Notes: generated by a model not told the origin, from the sequence alone. A stretch of 64,000 nucleotides of DNA from the human T2T-CHM13v2.0 reference genome, Homo sapiens (GCF_009914755.1 NC_060934.1), one strand, 5' to 3'; positions 38,838 to 57,445 are shown, counted from the stretch's first letter. Translations and numbers: made by a program.

Positions 38838-41289
38838 AATTACTGTGTATTACTTTCAATTCTTTTAAGTTTGAGACACATTTCTCGGCCTAGAATATGG
38901 GTCTGTCGGGGTAAATGTTGCATGTGCACTTGAAAAGAATGCGTACCCTGCTGTTTTTGGATGGAGTGTTCTGTAAACATCAGTTAGGCCAAGGTGGCGG
39001 TGCCGTTCCTGCCTTCCATACCCTTCTGACTTGTTGCTTGTTCTGCCTCCTTGGATCTTGTAAGTGCAGCAGTTTCGAGTCTGTCTGTTGGTGTCTGATG
39101 CCTGCTCTTCCCACCGTCTCTAGGCCTGGTTATCTTCCGCTGTGTGCTGAGCACTGTGCTTAGAGACTTACTTGAGGGACTGATGAGAGCTTGCTTTGAT
39201 GCAACCTTGAGTATTTTTGCTTGTTTTTACTTTTTCTGGACACATGGTGGCGGTAGTTGTCTAGAACCACGTGACTCAATTCAGTCTACACTTGATGTTC
39301 CAACTGAAGCTTCAGGGTTGTCCTGGACCCAGGGGCTGGGGCTTGTCGGGTTTATCCTCATTCCTCGGGGGCATAGATGTGGGTTTCCAGGGCCACTGTG
39401 TTGGGAGGACTTGGAGGAACTGGCATGGGGCCCGAGTGCTGGGCTTGCCTCCCTGGTGCCCATTGGCTCCTGCCCCCAGCCCAGCAGCTCCTCACTCACA
39501 TCTACCCCCGGCTGCTTTTAAGAAGATCAGACGCATCCTGTTGTCCTCCAGGAAAGGGAGGCTCTGAATTAGTAAGTTGTTTTCTCTGGACATGTGGAAC
39601 TCTCTCCTGCTTAGATATTGGATCTACTGGGCTAATTGTAAAACATACTTAATCTCCATTTTCCATATCACATTTTGGTTTAACTTTCTGAGTGATTTCT
39701 TCCAGTCCTTCTTGAGTTTATTTCTGGCATCCTATTTCCAATTTGTGGGTTATCTGTCTTTCTTTCTCTGACTCTGTCTTTCCTTTCTTTTCTCGTAGTG
39801 TTCTATTGTTTCAAGGGTGCAAACTGCATGTTCTGATGTCCGTGAGGATATTCACGGATTTCACCGCCCTCTGTCTCCGTGTCTTCCAGCCTCTTCTCAT
39901 TCTCTCAGCCTCTGTCTATCTCCCCTGTTAGGGGCTCTCGTCTGATGTCTGGTGACTGTTGGCTGTCAGCCCACACTGGAGAGATCCAAAATGCTGACCA
40001 GGCCGTGGCAGAGTCATCTGGCTGGCGGAGGCCCTGCCTCGCCTGCCAGCATCACGCAGATTCCTGAGAGGAACATCTTCCGGGGTCCTGCCTGGAGGTG
40101 TCAGTGGCTGCCATCTACCGTCTAGGGATCTGGTGGGGCTGGGGTCTCTCTGTTTAGTACGGGGGCCTTCGGGCAATTCCCTGATGTCTGTCCCTCTGCT
40201 CTCAGAGGTCTGGGTGTGTCCAAGTCCGGGCCCCCTGCCTTTCCCTGGCTCACAGAGGAGGTCTGGGTGTGTCCAAGTCTGGCCCCCCTGGCTTTCCCTG
40301 GCTCACTGTCTTCAGAGTTCTACTGGGGTCAGGGCTGGCTTTGCCACCTTCTGAAAATCCCTACCTTCAGCCCCACCGGCATGTTGCTTTCAGAGCACCT
40401 GGCTGTTTCCTCCCTCTGTTCCTGCCCTGTCTCCACTGCAGACAAAGGCATCCCAGAGAGACCCCCAGGCCATGCACCACCCCGGGGCAGCCGGGTCACC
40501 CTGGGCTTGGACGGCCCTGGCATCTGTCCTTGTGACTGTGTGTCTGTGCCTATGAGCTCTGCATGCAGGGGCCCCACGGCCTGCAGGCTTTCGGTCAGCA
40601 CGAGGCCCACGCCACATGGCCGGGCCAATACCTGAGTGTGGAAAGAGGCCTCATGCCTCAGCCTCTGTGTGTTTCTACTTTGGTCCCGAGAGTGAAGCTC
40701 AGGACTCGCAAGTGTCCACTGCACAGGGTGAACATCCCAGATTTTTACAACCTTGCCAGCAGGACTGACAGTCATTACTGAAACAGTTGTTGCAGATACA
40801 TGTGATTCTGACCTACACGCAGGCTGTGTCAGCAGCTCCCAGCTGTGGGTCCCCATGACACCTGAAGGTCACCATAGAAGACACATGGAGCCACACAGCT
40901 CCGCCAGCCTGGAGCCACTGCGTTCGAAGGGGAACCGGAGGCTCCTGCACCTGGTCTACTGCCCTCCCTCTCCTCACAGCCTCTTAGGAGGAGCAGAGGA
41001 CAGATTCCTCCGGGAGGCCAAGGCTGTAGCCCCCGTCGGCCCTGCATGCTGGGCTGTATTCAGCATGGGCAGCCTCGTCCGGTCTCCGAACCTGGCCTTC
41101 TGCAGATGCCCGCCCTGCAGTGGGATTGAAGGATATTTGCCTGGAAGAGTGGCTCAGCCTCTCCAGGGTCTCCTTGTGTTATGGTCTGGGGGAAGGTTAG
41201 GGAGGGATGCAGGGAGGGACCTAAGGATGGGGCACCGGGTGTGAATCCCTGTGGGGAACCCCAGTGCCTGGGACAGGGTCCATGAGTGC

Positions 41290-41790
41290 CTGGGTCAGTG
41301 TCTGTTGTGGTCTGGGTCAGCGTCCATTGAGGTCTGGGTTGGGGTCCATCAGTGTCTGGGTCAGCGTCCATCAGGGTCCAGGTCAGGGTACATCAGGGTC
41401 TAGGTTGGGGTCCATTGGGGTCTAGGTCGGGGTCCATCGGTGTCTGGCTCAGCGTCTGTCGGGGTCTGGGTCGGGGTCCATCGGTGTCTGGGTCAGCGTC
41501 TGTCGGGGTCTGGGTCGGGGTCCATCGGTGTCTGGGTCAGCGTCTGTCGGGGTCTGGGTCGGGGTCCATCGGTGTCTGGGTCAGCGTCTGTCGGGGTCTG
41601 GGTCGGGGTCCATCGGTGTCTGGGTCAGCGTCTGTCGGGGTCTGGGTCGGGGTCCATCGGTGTCTGGGTCAGCGTCTGTCGGGGTCTGGGTCGGGGTCCA
41701 TCGGTGTCTGGGTCAGCGTCTGTCGGGGTCTAGGTCGGGGTCCATCGGTGTCTGGGTCAGCGTCTGTCGGGGTCTGGGTCAGGGTCCGAC
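41290..41790. repeat. 44-bp (2 x 22) G-rich VNTR
   Basis: Unit ggtgtctgggtcagcgtctgtcggggtctgggtcggggtccatc; about 7-8 near-perfect copies with degenerate 22-mers upstream. Confidence 0.95.
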
Positions 41791-43599
41791 GGGGCTGTGA
41801 GCTCAGGTTCCAGCCGCCCTTACCCACTGGTTCCCAACAGAGCCGGGGGCCAGCCGTCCATGGAGACTGGGTCATGGTGGGCAGTGGGTGACCCAGCAGC
41901 TTGGTTTTTGTTTGGTAACATTCTTGGCCACCTGAGTCCTTTGTCCTATTTTCCTATTTCTCCTCCTCCTCGCCCTGTTTTAAAGTAAATCTACTCGTGT
42001 GCACTGTGGTTGGGCTTTTCCTGCTTATCTGCACCCTAAGTGCCTCAGGTGAGCCCTCCATGCATCCTCCACTTAACCTCAAGGTGAAGCTCAGCCAGTT
42101 TGGTAAACAAGCTGGGTAATTTTGTGAACGCATTTGGGCCGGGGACGGCTGACAACGAACCACCGCAGAGCTGAGCTTGGGGCGTGGCAGGCGGTATGTT
42201 GGGGGGTCCCTCCAGCCCTGGGCCATGGGGGCCTTGGAGGCTGGCCAGCTAGTAGATGCTATGAGGGGCGGCTGCTCTGCCCACCCTGCCACTCCCCAAG
42301 GACGTCCCTGGACCAAGAACCCTGCAGGATGGACTTGGGAGGGCAGCCCCCACCCTCAGCCTGCACTGCTCATCCACCGCCTCCCCTGCCTCTGTGCCTG
42401 GGCTGCCCAGACCCTCTGTGCCTTTCCCTCCCCAGCCGGCTCAGTGCCTATGTGAGGCCAGCAGAAATGTGCAGTTTTGTTCTGAAAAGACTATGGGGGC
42501 AGCAGAGCTCCTCAGAGTGTGGGCTCTGGGACAGGGGCTGGAAGTCAAATCCCGGACCCACCCTTGGTTTGTGACCTCGGACCTGTGGATTGGGAGGGGT
42601 CAGGAGTCTCTGCGGTGCCGGCCGCTGTGCTGGTCCCCCATGGATGAGCTCGCTCTGGGGCTTTGGGCGTCCGTCGGGGGTGGCGTGAAGCTGTGCACCA
42701 GGAGGTTTCGGGCCAGATCTTAGTGAAGTCAGACCCAGTGTGGCCGAAGCCCTCACCTTTGCACATCCCCCGTCTCTGATGCTGCCATCTCCCCGGTGAG
42801 CTGGGCCCCTCACTGCCCATGGCTCCTGTGACTCATGACCACTGACTTCCTCTCAGAGCTGCCACTCAGCAGCTGTGGGGCTTGAGGTGCCCCTCTGCCT
42901 CTTCCGGTCCCAGGTTCCCTCTCTGGAAGATGCAGCCAGCGTTGCCTTATCTGATAGAATTTGAGGCAGGATCTGCAGCGGAGTCCTCGAGTCCTTGTCA
43001 CATAGGTATGTGGAGCACCCTGTGCTCTGCTGCCGTGGGGCTGTGGGGTGTGGGGGACCCCAGCTGCTGCCAAGTATGGAGCAGGAGAGCTTCACGCCCT
43101 TTACACAGAGGTGCCCACGGACAGCCTGGCATGCAGGCCCTACAGAGATGCTCTCACACAGCCCATGTGCTCCCCCACACCTACCGTAAGTGCAGAATCA
43201 CATGCCCCGATCCCACACTTGGCTTCACTCACAGGGCACCCAGGTACCTGCATCAGAACTACACCCATCCACACCCAGACACATGTGCCGCCAGCACAGG
43301 CCCCCACGCAGACAGCAGGCTCCCAGCAGACAGACAAAAACACGCACACAGCAGATCCAGACCCGGCACACAGTCATCCATGCAGACGTGCTGCCCCTGC
43401 CCAGGAGACAGGCAGGCACCACTCACCCCGGCCTCTGGGGCCCGGTGCTTCCCACAGAAACAAGTGGACAGACAAGGCCATGACGGGGACAAATGTGAAA
43501 CCACAGACATGCTGTCCCTCCACATGGCCACCTGCTTCAGGGAAGCTTGTTGACCAGCACACCCCAGACAGCTCGCTGCCCAATGTAGTTATAGGCACA

Positions 43600-44250
43600 G
43601 GCATGTGCAGATGTGCCGTGGCATACACAGTTACACACAGGTGCTCACACAGGCACTCCCAGACACACATAGGTGCTCATTCAGACAGGGACACACAAGC
43701 ACACATAGGTGCGCATGCAGACACACGGCAGCACACAGGCACACACAGGTATCCACAGGTGCACACAGGTATCCACAGGTATACACAGACACACAGAGGT
43801 ACACATGCAGCTGCACAGACACTCAGATATGCCCAGGTGCACATGCAGGTGAGCACAGACACAGGTGCACACAGGCACACACAGGCATGCACAGGCACAT
43901 ACACAGGTGGGTGCACAGATATACACAGGTGCACCGAGACACAGGTATACACAGGTGCATACACAGGTGGGTGCACAGATATACACAGGTGCACTGAGAC
44001 ACAGGTACACAAAGGCACATACACAGGTGGGTGCACAGATATACACAGGTGCATCGAGACACACAGGTATACACAGGTGCATACACAGGTGGGTGCACAG
44101 ATATACACAGGTGCACCGAGACACAGGTATACACAGGTGCATACACAGGTGGGTGCACAGATATACACAGGTGCACCGAGACACAGGCATACACAGGCAC
44201 ATACACAGGTGGGTGCACAGATATACACAGGTGCACCCAGGCACACTCAT
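43600..44250. repeat. CA-rich compound minisatellite (about 60-bp higher-order unit built on acacaggtg)
   Basis: atacacaggtgggtgcacagatatacacaggtgcaccgagacacaggtatacacaggtgc repeated. Confidence 0.9.
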
Positions 44251-44265
44251 GAACACAAGCACTCA

Positions 44266-44631
44266 CGTGTCACCTGTGCAGAAGATGACGTGGTTTTTAG
44301 GTGGTGGATCTCGGTTTGAGTCCCAGCATGTCACCTGTGCAGAGGATGACATGGTTTCTAGGTGGTGGGTCTGGGTCTGAGTCCCAGCATGTCACCTGTG
44401 CAGAGGATGACGTGGTTTCTAGGTGGTGGGTCTGGGTCTGAGTCCCAGCATGTCACCTGTGCAGAGGATGACGTGGTTTTTAGGTGGTGGATCTGGGTCT
44501 GAGTCCCAGCATGTCACCTGTGCAGAGGATGACGTGGTTTCTAGGTGGTGGATCTGGATTTGAGTCCCAGCATGTCACCTGTGCAGAGGATGACGTGGTT
44601 TCTAGGTGGTGGATCTGGGTCTGAGTCCCAG
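44266..44631. repeat. 61-bp VNTR, 6 copies
   Basis: Unit catgtcacctgtgcagaggatgacgtggtttctaggtggtggatctgggtctgagtcccag; tcacctgtg at 44270, 44331, 44392, 44453, 44514 and 44575. Confidence 0.95.
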
Positions 44632-46149
44632 CCCTGCCCCACACACTCTGCTCTGACCTGGCGGCCCATCTCCTCACCTGTGAGGTGCTGAGGTGGGGAG
44701 TTTGGAGTTTGCTCTTGGACGAAGCAGGGGCTCCTGTGACCACTCAGGCCAACAAGATCAGGGCTTGGAAGAGGCAAAACCAGAGAAGCCTGGCTGCAAA
44801 GATGAGCCCCCCTGGGGATCCCTGTATGCCCCCCAGCCCCTACATCCCAGAGCAGAGGGTGCCGGTCCCCCAGGGTCTCCCACAGGTGGGCTCCGCCTGC
44901 CTGCTCAGAGCAGTTGGGTCTGAGACTGGAGTTTGACTCATTGTCCCCTACCTCCTGATCTCTGGCCAGGCCACTGTGAGGGTCACAGGGTTGATTGAGG
45001 AAACCTTTTCATGGGCTGTGAAAGGGGCAAAGGCACCTGAACCCTCTGCCCTCCTCACCTAGACCCGTGAGGACCACGGCCCTGGGGCAGAGCCCTCTCC
45101 CTGGACACCAAGGTCCTCTGACTGCTCCCCACCTGGTTGGCTGAGCCTGGCTGATGCTCCACAGAGGGGTGGTCCAGGCTGGACAGCTCAAGGTGGCAGA
45201 GGGCAGTGGGAGGTCAGGAGAAGGTGCTCAGGACCCACCAAGGGGTCTTTGGCCCCTGCCTTCTGTGTGTGCTTGGAGAAGGGACTTCACTGGTCCCAGA
45301 GACAGCTGATCAGTCCATCCAGCCTGGCCTGGTGTCCTGGTCCACACGGGGTACAGACCTCCAAGGCTGCCGGGGGCAGGTGTATGGCTCTGTGTTCCCA
45401 CGTCCCAAAACCACATTCATAAATGTCACATTTATTCACATTCAGCCATGTCTGAGGGTCCTTACTGGGCCTCAGCACTGGCTTCCGACCCAGCAGTGGA
45501 CGCATGAATTTTTGCCTGGGGGATCAGGTGTTGGAGGGAGACAGACAACAGCTAATGGTGGGTAACTCTGCAGCACGCGGGGGTGGAGCGTGGCATGGAG
45601 AGGCAGGCACACAAAGGAGTGGGATCAGGGCCACTGCTTGGACAGAACACCCAAGGCCAGGGTCCACCCTGGAGGTGTCAGGGAAGAGAGTGCCAGGGAA
45701 GGGGACAGCGGCTGCGCAGGTGAAGGTGGGCCTGGGCCCTGCGTGGTGGGGGACGAGCAGTGGGCAGGGAGGGCTGAGCTCAGCGGTGGGTGTCGGCACA
45801 CAGGCCTGTGGTGTGTCCTCGGCTGTCACCGACTGAGTGGCTGCGGGGTGGCGAGCAGAGAGGGGACTGATGTGACTTTGCTTTCAAGGAGCCCCCTCGA
45901 CCTCTGGACGCTGGTGGAGCATGGGCGGGGCAGGGCCCAGTTGGGGGCGGCCCTCGTAGCTGAAATCGGGCAGACCCTGCCGGGGTGCAGCCCGATGGAT
46001 TCGCTGATGGATTGGATGTGGGTGTAGAACAGAGATAAGCCGAAGGCTGTGAGGTCAGCGTGGTTTTGGGGGCTGGGGGAAGTCGGAAGTAAGGTTTTGG
46101 GGTGCAAGTGCAGAGATGGAGGAGCGGCTGGGCAAAGGCATGGACACAG

Positions 46150-47000
46150 GCGTGTGGAGCAGGGGCCTGGGCTGGAGGTGGGCATTGGGGTGCGTCGGGA
46201 CCGACCCCGGGGCTCCAAAGGCCGGGGCTGTGGGTGGGGGGAGAGCAGAGGCTGGGTGTCCGTCGGCGAAGGCGCCATTCTCATCTCTTCCAGTTTTGTG
46301 CCTGGGGCAGCCCGGGAGCTTTTCTGGGCCTGCGTCGGTGGCCGCAGCCCAGCTCCGCCCTGCGGTGCCCACCAGGAGGCTTTGCCGGGGCGGCCAGGAC
46401 CCCCGAGGGCACGAGCACCGCGGACTCGCGGCTCTGCCCTGCCCCGTCCGGGCCAGCCCTGCCCTGGCGGAGCCCCCTCTCCCGGGGCAGCTTCCGGGCG
46501 CGACCACCCACCCACAGGCAGAGCCCCCACCTGGAGTCCCCGGGCTGAGGCCTCTGCACGCGCGGGAGGCTCTTCCTGGACCCGGCGCGCACCGTGGCGG
46601 CGCCGCCCACCCAGCCCCACGCCCCACCGCGCCCCCCGCCTCGGGCAGGTGCAGACTCCAGGTCCTGCCCGTTTCTCACGGTCTCTCCCACGGCCCCGGG
46701 TCCGCCTCACTGAGAGCCCAAGACCGGGGCCGCCACCCCTCAGCGACCCGCCCCGGGGACCCCGCCCCGCACAGCGCCCGCAGCCATACGTCCTGGGCCC
46801 GGGGGCCCCGGGCAGCCTCCTGGCTGTGTGTGTGCGCGTTTGGGGTCCCATCCACGAGGGTCCCCTCCCCCCACGCCGGGCTGGCAGGGAGGAACCCACT
46901 CCCAACACGGCCCCCGGACGCCCCCACTCCTCAGCACCGCCCAGGGAGAACCCGCGGCCGCCTGGTTGTGAAACCCCACAGCCTTCTCCGCCCTCCGCTG
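46150..47000. promoter_or_regulatory. Orphan CpG island about 7 kb upstream of the SCART1 ATG
   Basis: Dense CpG and multiple GC boxes; no coding exon recognisable. Confidence 0.75.
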
Positions 47001-47827
47001 TGGGCTGGATTTCCATGTGAATCTTAAGTCAGTTCTCAAGTCCCGTCTCCCTCCTAGAGTTTACTTTGGGGGAAATTTCACATCTTTGCAACAGGAAAGC
47101 TTCCAACCCAGAAACGTGGTGCGTTTCCGCATTTACTCAGATCTTCCTTCAACGCCTCTCAACTTTCTGCATTAACGTCTTCCACGTCTTTCACCAGATT
47201 AATTCCTAGAAAGTTGGTATTTTTGTTGCCTTTGTAAGTGGTAGGTATTTTTAAAAAGTCATTTTCTGTTCATTGCTTATATGTAGAAAAACAAGTGACT
47301 TTTGTCTATGTTCAGTAAACTCACTAAACGTTCCCATGTCGCTAACTGATCCGTGGTTCCTGTGGGTCTCGGCATTCCCAGCAGCGTGTCTGTGAGTCAC
47401 GCTGGTCTTGACTGTCATTCTCCAAGCATCGTGCCTTTTCTTTTTTATCTTTCTGCACTGGGTTTGGCCGCCAGGGCAAAGTGGGCTGCAGGTGGTGAGA
47501 GCAGGAACGGGGACGCTTCTGTGAGCTGCGTTTGTATGTTCTTGTTTTCAGATTAAGGAAGTTCCCTTCTAGTTCTAGTTTGCAAACACTTTATTATCAG
47601 AAATGGATACTGAATTCTATATTAAAAATTTTACATCTTTGAAAATGACAATATGATTGTTCTCCCTTAGCCTTTCAGTGTGGCAAATTACAGTGATTGA
47701 TTTTCTAGTGTTAGCTTTTTTCCTAAATGCAACTTTGCAGGCCTGGAGAAAACCAGCTTTGGCGTCAGTGATGTGCTTTGCACGCATTGCTGATTCTGTG
47801 GGTCCTGTGTCTGGATTCAAGACAGGC

Positions 47828-51642
<3,815 letters not shown>

Positions 51643-52296
51643 GGCACTTCCTGCTTGCTTCCATTTCAGACGAGAAATTAGCTGTAATTCACATTTTACC
51701 ATTTTTTATAGTCAGTGCAATCCTTTTTGTCTGGCTGTTTTTAGGATTTTTTTTCCTTTGGTTTCCAAACGTTTAATTATGATGTGTCTTGGTGTGAATG
51801 TCTTTGAATTCATCTTATTTTGGATTTCTCAGCTTCTTGAATCTGTAGTTTTGTGCCTTTCACCATATTTGGAGAATATTTAGTAGTTGTTACTTTAAAT
51901 ACATTTTCAGCCCCATACGCTCTCTTATCTTTCCTGAATTTCCCAGATACAAAGATTAAGTCTTGTTATTATTGTCCCACAGATCCCCGAGGCTCTATAA
52001 ATTTTTCTATTTTCTCTCTGTTGTTTGCACTGTGTAAATTCTATTGAAGTATCATCAGGTTCACTGGTTCCTCTGTCATTTCCATTCTACTAGTCCGTTC
52101 ATTGAGTTTTTAACATTTCAGTTATTATATTTTCAGTTCTGTAATCATTTATTTTAAAAACAATTTAATTGAGGTTCATGTATCATAAATGCACTCTTTT
52201 AAAGTGTGTGGTGCAGAGGATTTTAGTATATTCAGGATTATGCAACCAGCACCACTAATTTCAGAACATTTTCATCACCTGAAAAAGAAATCCTGT

Positions 52297-52630
52297 AGCT
52301 GGCTGTGGTGGCTCACACCTGTAATCTCAGCACTTTGGGAGGCCAAGGTGGGAGGGTCCGATGAGGCCAGGAGTTTGAGACCAGCCTGGGTACATGGCAA
52401 GGCTTTCCATCTCTACAAAAAAATTTAAAAAATTAGCCAGACATGGTGGCATGCACCTATAGTCCCAGTTACTCAGGAGGCTAAGGTAGGAAGATCACTT
52501 GAGGCCAGGAAGTTGAGGCTGCAGTGAGCTATGATCATGCCACTGCACTCCAGCCTGGATGAGAAAGTGAGACTCTGTCTCCCAATAAATAAATGAATAT
52601 ATAAATACATAAATAAATAAAAATAAAAAA
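52297..52630 (+). mobile_element. AluJ SINE
   Basis: gctggctgtggtggctcacacctgtaatc...gaggctgcagtgagctatgatc; (taaa)n tail. Confidence 0.85.
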
Positions 52631-53077
52631 GAAAAACACTATACTATTTTCAGTCATTTTCTCTTTCCTCCTTCTCTAGCCCCTGGAAACCATGAATCTA
52701 ATTTCCTTGTCTATTGATTTGCCTATTCTGGAAATCTCATATGAATGGAATCGTACCCAGTATGTGGTCTTTTACATCTGGCTTCTCTCACTGAGCATGT
52801 TTTCAAGGTTGACGCACATCCAGCCTGTGTGGGTGCCTTGTTCCCTTTCTATGGCTGAGTGACATTCCATAATGTGGACATACCGCATTTTGTTTCTCCA
52901 TTTATCAGTGGATGCACACGTGAGCTGTTTTCATCTTTATTATGAATAATGCTGCATGGACATTCATGTAGAGATTTTTGTGTGGACATAAGTTTACATT
53001 CCTCTTAGATATGTACCCAAGAGTGGAGTTGCCCCTTCTGGGCTCAAGTGGTATCTTCCAGGAGTATCTCTGTTTAA

Positions 53078-53472
<395 letters not shown>

Positions 53473-54252
53473 TGTTCCATTTTTATAACTTCTATTTCTT
53501 TGCTGAGATTTCAATTTTTCCACTTATTTCAAGAGCATTTGCAATTTGTTGTGGAAACATTTTTATGATGCCTGTTTTAAAATCCTTGTCAGATAATTCT
53601 GACACCTGACTCTTCCTGGTGCCGCCCTTAGTTGGTTATCTCTTACTGAAATGGTCGTGTCCCTGGGTCTTCATATGATGAGTGATTCTTAACTGTATCT
53701 TCTCTCAAGGGTTTTCATTCCAACGACAGTTCAGTTCTCAGAGTTCTTGCAAAGCTCTTCCGTGTCATTCTTCTGGTGCTGCTGAGACTCCCACTCAAAC
53801 CCTAATCCTACCCCTACCCCTAACTCTGCTAGTGCCATCTGCTGGCACAGAGGACGCCTCCTTGGCTGTCTGGGGCCACTGCCTTCTGTGGTGGTGGCAT
53901 GGCTGAAGCCGACGGGCCCGGGTGGAGGGCAGAGACGCAGGGCTTCACTGATGCTGTGCTGTGGGCAGGTTGGACCATCTCTGCCTGATGGTTGGGTCTA
54001 GTCCCATCAGCAGCTTGATCAGTGTGGGAGGAAACCCACAGCCTGCACCCTCCCCATGTCTGGTGATGCTCAGGCCAGCAAGGCATTGGCTGCTCTGCTC
54101 ACGGCTGAGAGGCAGAGCTGCTGATTCGCTCTGGAAAGGCTGTGGCTGTCCCCATTGGACCCTGGAGGTCCTTGGCAGCTCCCACTTCTGTATATGTGAC
54201 TCTGGGCTGTGACCTCCGCCATTGCCCCAGCTAAGCAGCGAGAGCTTGCTGA

Positions 54253-54495
<243 letters not shown>

Positions 54496-55260
54496 TGACT
54501 CCACATGGCCGGATCCCTGTGACCTCAGGGCCCCCAGACCCTAGCCCCACTGCTTGGAACCCAGGGTTCAGGGCTGGGTCAGGCCCTGGACAAAATGAGG
54601 GACACGGCCCAGTGTCTGGTCCCAATGACCCTGATCAACAGAGTCCTGAGGGGTCCTGCGGGGGCTGCTCCATCCACGTGCCCTGGAGCAGGGCTGAGGT
54701 CCTGGGAAGGAGGTGGGAGGGTTGGCTGCATCTGGCAGTGAGGTTGAGCATGGGGTCCCATGGAGATGCTGCACCCAGGTGGAGACACTGGGGTGTGAAG
54801 CCATGTGGAAGGGCTGCTGGGTCAGGGGCAGGGAGGTGTAGAGAGGGGGGTCTAGCTAGAAGGAACAGCAGGAGAGGCTGGAGGTGAGAGGGAGCCCCGG
54901 GGACCTGCGTACGTGGGCATGGAGCCATGATGTGAGTGTGGGGCTGGGCGGGAGGCAGGGGAGGGTGCCCTTGAGGCTGAGGAACACTTCACTGTCAAGG
55001 CTGGTCCAGGTGCCCAGCAGGGCGGTGACCTGGTGCTGGACGGAGCCACATCCCCAGCGGTGGGGTGGAAGTCTGTGGGCAGCTGCAGAAAGTGCAGAGG
55101 AGGTTAGGATTTGAAGGAAAGGCAGCAATGTGGCCACAGATGGATGGAAGCCTGGGGTTGAAGGGATTTGCTTTTGTGTCAACGATCGCATGCACAAGGG
55201 CCGGAATTCTCTATTACAACAAGAAATAGCTTTAGAAAATATAAAATGAAAAGCTATTCA

Positions 55261-55556
<296 letters not shown>

Positions 55557-56418
55557 TGCAGACACCAGCACGCATCCATGTCCTGAGAAGAACCAGGTGG
55601 GGAGGGTGATGAGGAGGCTGGGGGGTGTGGAGGGATGGATGAAGACTGAGAGAGAGGAGATTCAAGGCTCCCCAGGAGGTGGGAGGGAAAGGTCTTCATC
55701 TTGGACCAGGCAGGGTCCCCCCTCTGCTCCTGACTGCCATCGGGGAGGCTCTTTTCTGGGTGTGGAGAGTCCTCCAGGGGCCCTGGAGGCTGCTCTGGGA
55801 CCACACAGCACCACCCACATGGACTTCCTCCTACTGGTTGCTTCATTTTCCTCGGGGTGGCTGTGTTGATGTGGGGTTGCAGAGGCCTGGAGAGGGTGGT
55901 TAGGGGTGCCTCCGTGGCGGGTGGGAGAGAAGGTGCTGGAGTAGCTGAGATGCTCAGAGACCGGAGGGTGAGATCCTGCCTGGAAGCCGGTATGGGTGGG
56001 GTAGTGGGGCTGGGTTTGGCATAGTGGGAGGGCAGGCAGGGGTGGTTTTCCTGGATACTCAGGGTTGCAGAGGACAGGACCGAAGGGTGAGCGGGGCACT
56101 CCAAGGGGTGTGGACAGTCACGTGGGTGGGGCAGGTGTGACAGTGGTGGGCTGGAGACCACAGGGCCTCCAGTGGAAGTAGGGGAATGATGCTTGGGAGG
56201 CAGAGAGTGGGTGGGAGGACCCACCCAGCTGCAGACCCAGGAGGACAGGGGACTTCCTTGCCTGGGGGATGGGGTCCTCCAGGATGTTGGGGCTCCAGAG
56301 GGCCAGGGAGGGGAGTAGCCCCCGGGGAGACACATGGGGTGAGGGTTTCTCTGTGAGCCGCGCCCATCACCTCTCTGGGACTGCTTGGTGGGGTGAGAGG
56401 AGCCCGACTCGCTGCTGA

Positions 56419-56835
<417 letters not shown>

Positions 56836-57445
56836 TAGGGAGGAGTGAAGGGGACGGGGCTGAGGAGGAGGAGGAGTGGGAGGACGAGGAGGAGGACTGG
56901 GAGGACGCAGAGGAGGACTGGGAGGATGGCGGGTCTCGGAGACGGGCGGGGAGGCTGTGGGTCTGGAGCTCTCTCTGGGAGGGGCTCCTCTCTGGGCACC
57001 GGGGCCATCCTGACTGTAAGATTCAGCTGTGGAAAAACCAACGCCAGGGAGAGTCAGAGATTGGAGGAAGGAAGCAGAGTGCGGCCCAGGCGTGGGGGAG
57101 GCAGCAGCCGAGCGGGGGCGGGGTCTGTGGACGCCTGAGGCCCACACAGGTAGCTGATGATGGTTTCTTAGACAAATGACAGACAGGTACACGCTTTCCC
57201 TTTGAGGTCTGGCTCGAGGGTCCTCAGCTGTCCCTCACATTTTATGTGGCTGTGAGGACCCCCTCATAGCGTCCTGCCTCTGAGGCTGAACCACCTGGCC
57301 AGGACCTCCTACCATTTTGGGGCCCAGTGTGAACGGATCCTGCGGGGACCCTTGTTTCAGGAGACCAGCAGCAGAGCATGAAGCTGGGCACAGGGGTCTC
57401 TCTGAGCCCAGGGCCCTGTGTGACTGCCCGGTCACCTGCCCCTGA

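Noticed and set aside
43048-44380. 423-aa and overlapping ORFs
   Set aside because: Products of the CA-rich minisatellite; low complexity and no splice or domain support.
45826-47039. Long ORFs (396, 323 and 303 aa) on both strands
   Set aside because: Stop-poor CpG island; Pro/Gly/Arg-rich in all frames with no domain.
53797-53826. Telomere-like ccctaa/ccctac hexamers upstream of SCART1
   Set aside because: Only four degenerate units; not distinguishable from chance.
56860-56928. (GAGGAGGACTGG)-like purine repeat after SCART1 SRCR1 exon
   Set aside because: Simple low-complexity intronic repeat.
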